64,000 nt of DNA. It comes from Paraspadella gotoi (lineage: Eukaryota > Animalia > Chaetognatha). The stretch lies in the NCBI GenBank assembly GCA_051294375.1, contig CM119265.1, positions 28,090,182 to 28,154,181 of the forward strand, given 5' to 3'. Below, piece after piece: positions 1 through 11,902 of the stretch (its first letter is position 1; each line of letters begins with the position of its first letter). Made by a program: the position numbers and the translations under genes. A model generated the notes under the pieces. That model was given only the letters and a program-made list of their open reading frames with translations. It had not been told where the DNA came from and did no database searches.

Positions 1-76
1 AAAAGAAAAAATTTACTCCAACCGAAACAAAGATTAAGAAGTGAACGCCCTTGTCGCGGAAAGGAAAATAAAAAAG

Positions 77-429
77 TTGGCATTATTTTCCGAAAGCGCC
101 TGACTTCAGTATCTAATCCTTAAACTAAATTTCAGTTAAAATATGTAACCAAAATTTGTGACCAAATATTTAACCAAATCCTTAACTTTAATCCTCAACT
201 ATAATGAATAACCTTAATGCCTAATCTGTATCCCTAATCTATTGTCCTTAATCAAAATATTTAACCTTAATTCCTAACCCTAATAATATTTAACCAGAAC
301 TATAACCAAATCCTAAACCTAACCCCTAATCTTAATCCTTAAACTAACTTTATATTAATTTCAAACTTAAAAATAAAATTTATTTCTGAATTTAAGCGGG
401 AACGGGTCGCTTTTGGCAAATAATGCCAA
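77..429. mobile_element. Putative ~350 bp MITE-like element with ~24 bp terminal inverted repeats and internal TAACCC/TAATCC-like repeats
   Basis: TTGGCATTATTTTCCGAAAGCG at 77-98 is the near-perfect reverse complement of CGCTTTTGGCAAATAATGCCAA at 408-429. The interior is degenerate CCTAAC/CCTAAT repeats with no ORF. Confidence 0.55.
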
Positions 430-611
430 AAGAGTGGACCGTCACGGGGTGGTTAAGAAAAAGTTGTGAGGTCCACGGGTGGGTGATTCCGTTTCTTTAC
501 TGCGTCGATACGACCGACCATTTGTGGAAGGAAAGGCCATAGGTGGCGTTAGCAGGGGGAAGGGGGAGGTAGGAGGAGGGGAGGAGGTAGAATAGGGGGG
601 GTAGGAATAGG

Positions 612-930
612 AAAAAGGGGACAGGATTAATAGGAAAAAGGGGAGAGGATTAATAGGAAAAATGGGACAGGATTAACAAGAAAAAGGGGATAGGATTAAT
701 AGGAAAAATGGGAAAGGATTAATAGGAAAAAGGGGACAGGATTCATAGGAAAAAGGTGACAGGATTAATAGAAAAAAGAGAGAGGATTAATAGAAAAAAG
801 AGGACAGGATTAATAGGAAAAAGGGGACAGGATTAATAGCAAAAAGGGGAGAGGATTAATAGGAAAAAGGGGACAGGATTAATAGGAAAAATGGGAAAGG
901 ATTAATAGGAAAAAGGGGAGAGGATTAAAA
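612..930. repeat. ~22 bp minisatellite (GGATTAATAGGAAAAAGGGGACA-like), about 14 copies
   Basis: Directly visible tandem units. Confidence 0.9.
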
Positions 931-1109
931 GGGGAAATGATTAAAAGACCAGAAAGGGGAAAAGCGGAAGGTCACTGAGAGCTGGGTGAAAACTATTTCT
1001 GGATTAACAATAAAATATCCACCCTTCTAGTATCTATAATTGTAAAGATAGTGTACATAGTGGTTTTTCTTGCTATTTAAATTCTTTAAAATATAATACT
1101 ACTTCATTA

Positions 1110-1310
1110 ATAGGGAAGCCAGGTACTCTGGGAGTGAATAAAGGAAAACTGTGAGGAGTCTTGATTGAAAGCTTGCAGGGACCTGCTGTGTCATAATCTT
1201 GTAAGAGTGATAGAGATTTTAAACAACCGTAGCCTGTCCAAAGTCAGGGTCAAAATAGATTATTTATTAAATGAATGGATACTTTTTCTATTTTTTGTAC
1301 CAATTTCATA
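1110..1310 (+). repeat. ~200 bp dispersed repeat module (AGGGAAGCCAGGTACTCTG...TTGATTGAAAGCTTGCAGGGACC...TTGTACCAATTTCATA)
   Basis: Homologous copies at ~6572-6755, ~14760-14950, ~21580-21780 and ~28236-28436 on +, and at ~12095-12298 and ~55103-55258 on -. Confidence 0.8.
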
Positions 1311-1399
1311 GGAGAGGGAATAAGATAAAAAAAAATAAGAAAAAAACTGAAAAGAAAAGAGAACATGGATGTGGAAGAATAGATTACCTTTTGTACTTG

Positions 1400-1849
1400 C
1401 AAAGGGCAAAGGTATGGAAAGAGAAGGCAAAGGTTTGGGAAGAGATGGCAGAGTTATGAGAAGAAAGGGTAGAGGTATGGGAAGAAAGGGCAGAGGAAGG
1501 TAAAGAGAGGNNNNNNNNNNNNNNNNNNNNNNNNNNNNNNNNNNNNNNNNNNNNNNNNNNNNNNNNNNNNNNNNNNNNNNNNNNNNNNNNNNNNNNNNNN
1601 NNNNNNNNNNNNNNNNNNNNNNNNNNNNNNNNNNNNNNNNNNNNNNNNNNNNNNNNNNNNNNNNNNNNNNNNNAAGGGTAGAGGTATGGGAAGGTGGCAA
1701 AGGTGTGGAGAGAGATGGCAGAGGTGTGGGGAGAGATGGCAAAGGTGTGGGGAGAGATGGCAAAGGTGTGGAGAGAGATGGCAGAGGTGTGGGAGAGATG
1801 GCAAAGGTGTGGGAGAGATGGCAGAGGTGTGGGGAGAGATGGCAAAGGT
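1400..1849. repeat. ~21 bp minisatellite (GAGAGATGGCAAAGGTGTGGG) spanning an N gap
   Basis: Clear tandem units at 1690-1849 and degenerate units at 1400-1500. The repetitive ORFs here are by-products. Confidence 0.9.
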
Positions 1850-2144
1850 CGTCCGCCCTGAAAATTTTCTCTCCAAAGAAAATTTCTTTCTCTTCTGAAA
1901 TTTTTTATGCTTTTTGTTCTTTTTTTTTGTTCGTTTAGTTTTGTTCTTTTCTTAAAATTCAATCGTTTATTTTTTTAAGTAGTGTTGATTGTCTTCGTAT
2001 GTACAATGTTTGTTTATTTGTAATTAAAATTTTTGATTGATTGATTGAAATTTCTGCGGATGAAGTTTTCTTGTTAACCTTCCTTTCTTGACAACGATTA
2101 ATTGACATAGCACAAAATGTCGCATATGCAATAAGCAATAAACA

Positions 2145-2163
2145 TTGATTGATTGATTAATTA

Positions 2164-2230
<67 letters not shown>
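2145..2230. repeat. (GATT)n microsatellite
   Basis: Directly visible. Confidence 0.95.
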
Positions 2231-2693
2231 TGCTGGGAAACAAAAAGGCGCTCGTTGAAAAATAGAATAAATGAGTCAAACTCGAAATCCATTCGGTTCC
2301 AACTTTCCTTTTTTCTCTTTTTTTTCTTTTTTTCCTTTTTTTTCTTTTTTTTTCTTTTTTTTCTTTTTTTTCCTTTTTTTTCTTTCCGTTTTTGGTAGAA
2401 AGCATAACTAACGAACGACTGCTAATGCTGTGATACTTAACATTTCATGTTTTTTAATATATTTTTTTATTTTACAATCTTTTCTCTGCCATGAAGGAAT
2501 TGCCACAAAAAAGATTAGTTTACCGTAATAACAAAATCCATTTCTGAAGACAAGAGAAAGTTTTAATCTTGTATATTGAAAAAAAAACTATATATTATTT
2601 TTAACAAACCTGAGTGGTTGTCATTTTACTCTGACTTAACTCGTGACAAAATTTTAAATTGGAGAAATTAAAGCCAGGGAAAACTGGGACCAG

Positions 2694-2734
<41 letters not shown>

Positions 2735-4918
2735 GGAGTCAGATTCAAAGAACAAAGGCGAAGATATGAAGCCAAAGACAAAAGCGAACAGAAGAACAAA
2801 GAACGAAAATGATCCAAACAAACAAAAAATCGTTAAAACCCGCCAGAGATTTTTTTTTCTCTCTCGGTTAACCGCGTAAAAAGAAGTTTATATAAAAAGG
2901 ATTTGAATTAAAAATCCTAATATAAACTAAAGATGAACTCAACGAGAAAAGAGGAAAAGAAGTTTGAAATGTATTTAGCAGTATTGTAGTAGCGGCCATC
3001 ATTCTCTATTTTCATAATTTTAACATCTTTTTCGTTTCTTATTTATTCTTTCTCTCTTTTTCCTTTTTGTAAATCACTTTAGTAATTTACTTAACCCCTG
3101 AAATTGTACATTTTTTTTCAATTTTTTTTCCGTCTATATAACTTTGACTTCTTCCTAGGAGGATTTTTGTCTTAGTTTTTTTACTATGAGCATTTTCCTT
3201 TTATTTTCTATAAAGATTTGCTCTTCTGTCTGCACTCACTAGATCTTCACTTGCATTGCTTTCCACAAAATTGCAAATTTTTACATGTTTTGGTCTGAAT
3301 AAACCAGAGGTCGGTACAAACAAAAAAGGATTTTAAAAACAAAATAGAAATAAAATTTAGTTTAAGTAAATCCACCAGAGGTTTAAATCTTTTTTTCTGA
3401 AATAAAAGAACAGTCCTATTAAATTTTCTTTGTGTTTTCACCCTATTCTACTGGAGGACTCTATAAAGAAAGAAGCTTTTTGTAATACAAACGGATATTA
3501 ATAATAAACTTTAGCTGCACCCACTTGCACCTGCTCTTCAACAAAATATCAATTTTTCGAAAAAAAATTATTATTTTAAAATTTTTATTATTTGAAAATG
3601 TTTTAATAATTTTTTGTCTTATTCTATTTTATTTTATTCTCTTTCTTATTCTACGTATTGATTAAAGCATTTTAATCATATATAATAATAAAAATGAGAA
3701 TATGATAATAATATTATTTTGATTTATAAATTATTTTTGCAAGTAGCAAAATATTATTAATGCCGCAGTAACAGTTCCGTTTAAGCCCTTAAAAATGATT
3801 TACATATATTGGCGCAGCCACTGGTTCGTTTTGTATTCTTCCTCTCTCATCTTCTCTGTTTCCTTCACCGCCTCTTTGCCTATCTTTCCCCTCTTTACTT
3901 TCTTTCCTCCCTCTCTCTCTTTGTCTCCCTCTCTTTTCCTACCTATCATCTTCCCTCTCTCTCTCTCTCTCTCTCAAAAAGAGAGAGATTTATTTAATTC
4001 GTTCAACAGAAATAAAGATGGAATCCACGATAGAAATTCCATATAATTTGTTTCGACTTGTTTTTATCTGTTAATTTTGTCTTTACTAAGTCGCATCAGT
4101 GAGCTTTCAGATAATTGAACTCTTTTCCCTTTTCGTCATTAAATCCATTATTTCTCTCTTCTCCCCAATTCTCCTTCTCCTCGCTCCCTTAANNNNNNNN
4201 NNNNNNNNNNNNNNNNNTCTCTTTTTTTCCTCCATTTCTCCTGACGCCATCTCGCGTCAGATATTTTTCCTTATCTCCCTCGCATCAAAACAGAAAGATT
4301 TTTCTCCCATTATTCACCGCCCAGCGTAAGAGAGGGAAGGGACGGAGGACCGACCCGACGGACGGACCTTGGACGGACGGACGGACGACCGCCGACCGAA
4401 CGGAACGACGCCGAGCGACGGACGGACGGAACCAACGATCGGCCAAATGTCACCCATTTTCCTTCCTATTCATTTTTTAAACGCTCACAATTTTTTTAGT
4501 CTTTCTAAATGCATTTTTATGAACTTTGTCTCTCTTAATCTTTGTCTTTATCTCTGTCCCTCAATATCACTCAGTGAAAGAAACTTTGTCATTTACTCTT
4601 AATTTCTTTCGAAAATTTTAAAATTGAGAAAATCAAAGACAAAAAAAAATAGGAAAATAAAATTCTCTCCTCGACTTCCTGTGATAAAAATCTTTCTCGA
4701 TGATAAACTTTTTTTAAAAAAAGTTGTTTTTTATCAGTTCGAATTTTTATCAATGGCGCCCACCGACAAAGATTTCTCAAGAAGAAAAAAAAATAATAAT
4801 CGTGATTTGTTATCTGTTTTTTTTAAAACAATGATTCACTACGAACTGTAGCTTCGAAATGTATAATTAGTAGATAAATAAAATAAAAAATAAATTTAAG
4901 AAAAATACTTTTAAAAAA

Positions 4919-5901
4919 ATGTTGAGTTTAAAATGGGAGGAACATCGTCGTCATCGTCGTGAATCGTCGTCGTTTTCTCTCCCGCCGGAAATCCTCGCTC
5001 GTCCGGCGCCGAGAGAACGAGGAGCGAAATCGGCGCCGATGAATTCCATCTCGCGGAAAACGTCGCTTCGGGATTCGATGACCGGGGATTTCTCGGTCGC
5101 TCTCTGCCGGACGAAACCGAAAAGGAAGAAGAGACGGAAACGCGACGGGTGATGGTGAAGACCGGAGAGGGCGGCGGCGGCGGAGGAGGCGGCGCGGCGG
5201 CGGCGGCGGCGCGGAGGGGCGGCGGGCGGAGGGCGGAAGCGGCGGCGATGTCTCGCAAAACAACGACGACAACTCCCAAAATCAGAACAACAACAACGAA
5301 GCGTCTGAACTAAAGACAAAACAAATTTCGTGATTTTTCCTTTGATTTTGATTCTAATCGTCGTTTGCGTCGGAGGCGTAAAGGTTGTTCTTGTTTTTGT
5401 TGTTGTTGTTCTTGTTATTATTCTTGTTTTTGTTGTTCTTGTTGTTGTTGTTTTGTTATGATTTTGTTAACTTCATTGTTATTAAATTTTGTTTGTTTTT
5501 TTAAAAAGTCGTTTTTATTTGTAATTACAGAAATAAAATTATTTTTTTCTTTGGGTTTCCTTTCGAAACAAAGAAAGATAATCATCCCATTTTAATTTTT
5601 TTTGCTTAATCGAAAATCTATAAATTCAAAAAAAAGTTTTTCCCCACAAGAAAAAAAAATTTTCCCGCTGACTTTACGAAAAGCGAAACTTTTATCGATT
5701 ATTTAATTCGTTCAACAGAAATAAAGATGGAATCCACGATAGAAATTCCATATAATTTGTTTCGACTTGTTTTATCTGTTAATTTTGTCTTTACTAAGTC
5801 GCATCAGTGAGCTTTCAAGATATTGAAACTTCTTTCCCTTTTCGTCATTAAATCCAATTACTTCTCATTTCTCCTCCAATTTCCTTCTCCTCTCTCCTCA
5901 T

Positions 5902-5932
<31 letters not shown>

Positions 5933-8900
5933 CCTTATCTTCCTCTCTCCCCATCCCAGAAATCCACGAATGCATCCAGCGCCAACTCAAAGCCGACGTT
6001 CGAATCTTACGAACGAAGTGACGTGCCACGCCCCCGCCTACGCGCTCAGCGCCGCTATGACGACGGTTGCAGGAAGCGCCGGTCATCGCCGGAAATCGTC
6101 CTTTGCGTCGCCGCCGTCCGTCAGGTGGGAGACGTAATCGAGGGGGGGGGCTTGTTGGTAGAAAACCGACATTATGGGTCTGACAATTCGGAGAATAAAA
6201 AAAACGATTTTTGAAATGTTACATTGTGACATTGTCTTTATGAAATTAATGAGTACAAATGTATATATATTTGTTTAGCTTAAAACAAATAAAAGATTGA
6301 GGCTCGTCCGGGAATCGAAACCCGGGCCTCTCGCACCGAAAGCGAGAATCATACCTTCTAGACCAACGAGCCATCTGAGTGGATTATGAATTATGCAACA
6401 AATATTAAGAAGTAAAAATCGTCAGTTAATATAAATAATCTTTTTTGTTTGAAGTTGGACTGGTTATGGTTAGTTTCAGCCTTACTCTTACAATATATTA
6501 TATAGGGATATAAGGGAGTGGACTTTTCATACAATAGTAACATTCTTAAAACTTTAATACCAATTTATTGATAGGGGAAGCCAGGTACTCTGAGAGTGAA
6601 TAAACGAGATTGTGAGAGAAGTCTTGATTGAAAGCTTGCAGGGACCTGTAAGAGTAATAGGGGCCTTAAACACCAGAATTTCCAAAAGTCAGGGCAAGAT
6701 ACTTGTTTATTAAATGAATGAGTAAATTTTTACATTTGTTGTACCAATTTCATAAGTAACCTGCGTTGAAAAATCTTTCAATCAAGATTCTCTCACTGTT
6801 TTGTGAGTTAACTGCCAGATCAACTTGTGGAATGAAGTTGCATAGTATTGTTAAAGGTGATTAAACGCATATTGTCGCATTGATTTTAAAAAAAAAGTAA
6901 TTGGCTCATCCGGGAGTCGAACCCGGGAACCTCTCGCACCACCAAAGCGAGAATCATACCGCTAGACCAACGGCCGTTACAATAGTTCATACATAATTTA
7001 TAATTTTATTCTGCGATGTTATTGCTTTCTGAGCTTTTTTTTTCTTCTCTCTCTCTCTCTTCTCTCTCTCATCTCTCTCTCAGGCAGCGACGGACAACTG
7101 GTCGAGCGAAAGAGGCCGATCTATATTCGAATCGACATAGCGACGAACTTCAGCGTTGAGTTTACTTTTTTTGGACAAAAAGAGCATCAGGGTATTTGGA
7201 GGAAGAAAAAAGGGCATCATAGGCATTTGGACTGAGGAATAAAAAGGTGTCACCTATCATTTGGATGTCAAGCAGAAGGGCAATCACGGCATTCACAAGT
7301 CAGTAGAAAAAGCATCACGGGCATTCACAAGTTGATAAACAGGGGCATTAGCGCAATTTTCAGGAAGAGAAAAGGGCATCGCGGGATCTGGAAGAAGACG
7401 ATACTTCATCTGAAATTTGTGAAGAAAGATAAAAGAACATCTATGGATAAATCGCGTGGATCTTGTGATAAATTTCGTGATAAAATCTCGGTGATAGATT
7501 CAACCTCGATCTTTGAATCGAAAACGAATTGAAGGATCGAACAGAAGAAGAGAGAGGAAGAGAAGTAGGAAGAAGACGAGGACATGGGGTCGAGGGCGGA
7601 TCTTGGGGCGGAGAAGGAGAAGGAGGAAAGAGGAAGTAGAGGAGGAGGAGAAGGGGAGGAAGGAGGAAGGCGAGAAAGGAGGAGGAGAAACGGAATACTG
7701 AAGGAGTGGAAGAGGAAAGTGAGAGAACAGGAGATGTGGAAATGAATCCGGGAAAGATGGAGAATGGTTTGATCGATTGAAATTGAATCGAATGTCGAAG
7801 GGAAGAGACAATTCGATCAAGGATACGAACGTAAAAAACAAATCTAGTGAAAAACGAATAAATAAAGAACATAAATGTAAAACTGCTCATTATAATATAA
7901 AAAACAAAAACTACGACGTTCGAAATAAAGAGGTGCGTCGATGACATTGAGGGACGATAAAAACATCGAGAAAAATCGGAGGAAAAGACAAAGGGCGGGA
8001 AATTCGAGAGAAGAAAAGAGGAGAATCGTTTCGACGAAACAAAGATGGAGAATTTTGGGTGAAGAAGCGAAGTTGAGGAAAATGAGGGGACGAACGTCGA
8101 CGAAAAAAAACGAAACACGTGGATTAATCAATCATCAATCAATCAATCAATCAATCAAACAATCAATCAATCATCAATCAAATCAATCAATCAAACAATC
8201 AATTAATTTATTAATTGATTAAATTCAATAATCAAGTCAATTGATTGATTAATAGATCATTCATCAATCAATCATTCAATCATCAATCAGATCAAGTGTG
8301 TAATCGACTAATCAACAGATCAAATCCTTTTTTCAGCGTCTCGGCAAAACCAGCACGGCTCCGATCCGAGGACGAGGACGAAGGAAGCAATAATTCGAGT
8401 CGAACAAGCCAAAGAATTTCGTGGAATTACGTACACATTCAGGGAGTAAGAGTAGGCGAGTAGAGAGAGGAGAGAGAGAAGGAGAATGAAAGGGAAAATC
8501 TTGCCCAATTTCTCTCTCATCAACTCGACAGAAAAATCTCGTCTTGGGCAAAATCCTTGGAATCGCTCCCAGTCACGAGACGAAGTCCTCACTGGTTCAA
8601 CTGGCTCGACCCACAGCGTGGACGCTTGTCCGGGACCAGGTGCCGACAGGTGCCGGGACAGTGCCGACGACATCTCCGCGTTCCAGCGTCGTGTTGAGAG
8701 AGTTTTCCATCGAGTTTTGACTTCAGACTTTTAGGAAGAAGAAAGAAGAAGGAAAAGAGGGGAGAAGAGGAGGAGGAAGGGAACGTTCAGAGCCGAGGCT
8801 GGAATAGGTAAGTGTTGTTTTTGAGGGTGAGGGTCGGATTTGGCTTTATTATAACGCGGGATGGTTGAGTGTGTTGGGCGGAACAATAGAATTTGTTTGT

Positions 8901-9558
8901 ACTTACACTTCGGTTTTACTTTTTACTGATGGTAAAAATTAATACTAAGGGCTCGTCCGGGAATTGAAACCGGACTCTCGCACCCTAAGCGAGAATCATT
9001 CCTCTAGACCAACGAGCCTTTTCCTTCCTTCAGGTTCATCACCTACTCCGGACCAAGAGACTCGCTGACGAGAAAGACGAGCGACGACGATGAACGACGA
9101 CGAGAAAAACGAATTTAAAATGACAACAACAACACAACGACGCCATTTTTAAAAGACAAAAGAGTTGAAAGTTCAGGTTATAATAAACACTTTTGTTGAA
9201 ATTTGTGTTTGAATTTATTTTAAGCTTGTTACGTATTTTTATAATAAAATGAAAATAAACGTGGAAACTGGGTGGACAATTGATTGTATATTATTTAACT
9301 ATTATTTACAGAAACAATCGACGAGAAAAATGTCAAAAATTCATCAGCGAAGAAAAGACGAAAAGAAAAGATGAAGAAAATCTGGGAAAAACGTCGAAGA
9401 TTCAGAAAAGTAAATAATTGAAGCTGGGCCTCGTCCGGGAGTTCGAACCCGGGACCTCTCGCACCCGAAGGGAAGAATCATACACTAGAACCAACGACCA
9501 GAGTTAGAGGAAGGGCTGAGCTTAAGTTTGGCAACTCCTGTCCACTTCTCTCCTCCCT

Positions 9559-9591
<33 letters not shown>

Positions 9592-9659
9592 TCCTCCCAG
9601 GACAGCAGTCTCCGTCCTTCTTTCGCTTCTTCTCTTCCTTCAATTCCTCCACGAAGAAG

Positions 9660-9660
<1 letters not shown>
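4919..9660 (+). CDS. Copy A of the predicted multi-exon single-pass membrane protein gene (exons 1-5 and start of 6), frameshifted by probable read errors
   Basis: Exons at 4919-5377 (donor GTAAAG), 5960-6124 (GTGGGA), 7084-8118, 8337-8807 (GTAAGT), 9034-9176 and from 9601. Each internal exon is preceded by a pyrimidine tract plus CAG. Confidence 0.55.
6301..6372 (-). tRNA. tRNA-Pro(CGG), noisy copy
   Basis: Reverse complement matches the eukaryotic tRNA-Pro body GGCTCGTTGGTCTAG...CCCGGACGAGCC. Anticodon assigned from the clean positional homolog at 10054-10125. Confidence 0.75.
6903..6975 (-). tRNA. tRNA-Pro(TGG), noisy copy
   Basis: tRNA-Pro body. CCAAAGCGAG on + reads CTCGC-TT-TGG on -. 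Confidence 0.75.
8949..9018 (-). tRNA. tRNA-Pro(AGG)
   Basis: CTCGCACCCTAAGCGAG on + gives stem CTCGC, loop TT-AGG-GT, stem GCGAG. Small indels in the T/variable arm. Confidence 0.8.
9426..9499 (-). tRNA. tRNA-Pro(CGG) variant (5' anticodon stem CTCCC), noisy copy
   Basis: tRNA-Pro body with CACCCGAAGGG on +. Confidence 0.7.
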
Positions 9661-9697
<37 letters not shown>

Positions 9698-9719
9698 TCT
9701 TCCTCTCTCCCCATCCCAG

Positions 9720-9878
9720 ATCCACGAATGCATCCAGCGCCAACTCAAAGCCGACGTTCGACATCTTACGAACGAAGTGACGTGCCACGCCCCCGCCTAC
9801 GCGCTCAGCGCCGCTATGACGACGGTTGCAGCGCCGGTCATCGCCGGAAATCGTCCTTGCGTCGCCGCCGTCCGTCAG
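9720..9878 (+). CDS. Exon 2 of the predicted host gene (cleanest copy): IHECIQRQLKADVRHLTNEVTCHAPAYALSAAMTTVAAPVIAGNRPCVAAVRQ
   Basis: (CT)n plus CCCAG acceptor, 159 nt open in phase 0/0, CAG|GTGGGA donor. Homologs at 5960-6124 and 14144-14305. Confidence 0.65.
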
Positions 9879-10053
9879 GTGGGAGACGGTAATCGAGGGG
9901 GGGGGCTTGTTGGTAGAAAACCGACATTATGGGTCTGACAATTCGGAGAATAAAAAAACGATTTTTGAAATGTTACATTGTGACATTGTCTTTATGAAAT
10001 TATGAGTACAAATGTATATATATTGTTTAGCTTAAAACAAAATAAAAGATTGA

Positions 10054-10125
10054 GGGCTCGTCCGGGAATCGAACCCGGGGCCTCTCGCACCCGAAGCGAG
10101 AATCATACCTCTAGACCAACGAGCC
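10054..10125 (-). tRNA. tRNA-Pro(CGG), intact 72 nt
   Basis: GGCTCGTTGGTCTAGAGGTATGATTCTCGCTTCGGGTGCGAGAGGCCCCGGGTTCGATTCCCGGACGAGCCC. Full cloverleaf, A and B boxes, followed by TTTT runs (Pol III terminator). Confidence 0.95.
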
Positions 10126-11007
10126 ATCTGACGTGGATTCAATGAAATTTATGCAACAAATATTAAGAAGTAAATCGTCAGTTAATATAAATAATCTTTT
10201 TTGTTTGAAGTTGGACTGGTTATGGTTGTTTCAGGCCTTACTCTTACAGTATATTAATATAGGGATATAAGGGAGTGGTCTTTTCATACAATAGTAACAT
10301 TCTTTAAAACTTTATACCAATTTATTGATAGGGAAGNNNNNNNNNNCCATCTCGCGTCAGATATTTCTTCTTATCTTCCTCGCATCAAAACAGAAGATTT
10401 TTCTCCCATTATTCACCGCCCAGCGTAAGAGAGGCAAGGGACGGACGGACCGACCGACTTACGGACGGACGGACGGACCGACCGACCGACCGACGGACGG
10501 ACGAACCGAGCGACGGACGGACGGACCAACGATCGGCCAAATGTCACCCATTTTCCTTCCTATTCATTTTTTTAAAACGGTCACAATTTTTTTAGTCTTT
10601 CTAATGTCATTTTATGAACTTTGTCTCTCTTAATCTTTGTCCTTTATCTCTGTCCCTCAATGTCACTCAGTGAAGAAACTTTGTCATTTACTCTTAATTT
10701 CTTTCGAAAATTTTAAAATTGAGAAAATCAAAGACAAAAAAAATAGGAAAATAAAATTCTCTCTCTCGACTTTCTGTGATAAAAATCTTTCTCGATGATA
10801 AACTTTTTTTTTAAAAAGTTGTTTTTTATCAGTTCGAATTTTTATCAATGGCGCCACCGACAAAGATTTCTCAAGAAGAAAAAAAAATAATAATCGTGAA
10901 TTTGTTATCTGTTTTGTTTTTAACAATGATTCACTACGAACTGTAGCTTCGAAATGTATAATTAGNNNNNNNNNNAAATAAAATTTAAGAAAAATACTTT
11001 TAAAAAA

Positions 11008-11476
11008 ATGTTGAGTTTAAATGGGAGGAACATCGTCGTCATCGTCGTGATCGTCGTCGTTTTCTCTCCGCCGGAAATCCTCGCTCGTCCGGCGCCGAGA
11101 GAACGAGGAGCGAAATCGGCGCCGATGAATTCCATCTCGCCGGAAAACGTCGCTTCGAAGGATTCGATGACCGGAGGATTTCTCGGTCGCTCTCTGCCGG
11201 ACGAAAACCGGAAAGGAGAAGAGACGGAAACGCGACGGGTGATGGTGAAGACCGGAGAGGCGGCGGCGGCGGAGGAGGCGGCGGCGGCGGCGGCGGCGCG
11301 GCGGCGGAGGAGCGGCGGCGGCGGAAGAGGCGGAAGCGGCGGCGATGTCTCGCAAAACAACGACGACAACCACCAAAATCAGAACAACAACAACGTAAGC
11401 GTCTGAACTAAAGACAAAAACAAATTTCGTGATTTTTCCTTTGATTTTGATTCTAATCGTCGTTTGCGTCGGAGGC
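11008..11476 (+). CDS. Exon 1 of the predicted host gene (cleanest copy): signal peptide, Ala/Gly/Asn-rich ectodomain, TM helix
   Basis: MLSLNGRNIVVIVVIVVVFSPPEILA-RP resembles a signal peptide. Removing one T at ~11396, absent in copies A and C, joins the frame to EASELKTKTNFVIFPLILILIVVCVGG (156 aa). Donor GTAAAG is seen in copy A at 5378. Confidence 0.6.
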
Positions 11477-11902
11477 GTTAAAGGTTGTTCTTGTTTTTGT
11501 TGTTGTTGTTCTTGTTATTATTCTTGTTTTTGTTGTTCTTGTTGTTGTTTTGTTTTGATTTTGTTAACTTCATTGTTATTAATTTTGTTTTGTTTTTTAA
11601 AAAGTCGTTTTTATTTTGTAATTACAGAAATAAAATTATTTTTTCTTTTGGTTTCCTTTCGAAACAAAGAAAGATAATTCATCCATTTTATTTTTTTTGC
11701 TTAATCGAAAATCTATAAATTCAAAAAAAAAGTTTTTCCCCACAAGAAAAAAAAATTTTCCCCTGACTTACGGAAAGCGAAACTTTTATCGATTATTTTA
11801 ATTCGTTCAACAGAAATAAAGATGGAATCCACGATAGAAATTCCATATAATTTGTTTCGACTTGTTTTATCTTGTTANNNNNNNNNNNNNNNNNNNNNNN
11901 NN

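Noticed and set aside
1260-1962. Repetitive ORFs (LPSLPTP, CGERWQR)
   Set aside because: They are translations of a 21-bp minisatellite and N gaps.
6301-6372. Apparent TCG (Arg) anticodon in a tRNA-Pro body
   Set aside because: Positional homologs, including the clean 10054-10125 copy, read CGG. A compensating 1-bp deletion and insertion in a noisy read explains it.
7441-8131. Phe/Ser-rich - strand ORFs (also 15577-16345 and 22468-22995)
   Set aside because: They are antisense shadows of the purine-rich exon 3.
11395-11400. GTAAGC as the exon 1 donor
   Set aside because: The T is absent from copies A and C. Without it the frame continues through the TM segment to GTAAAG.
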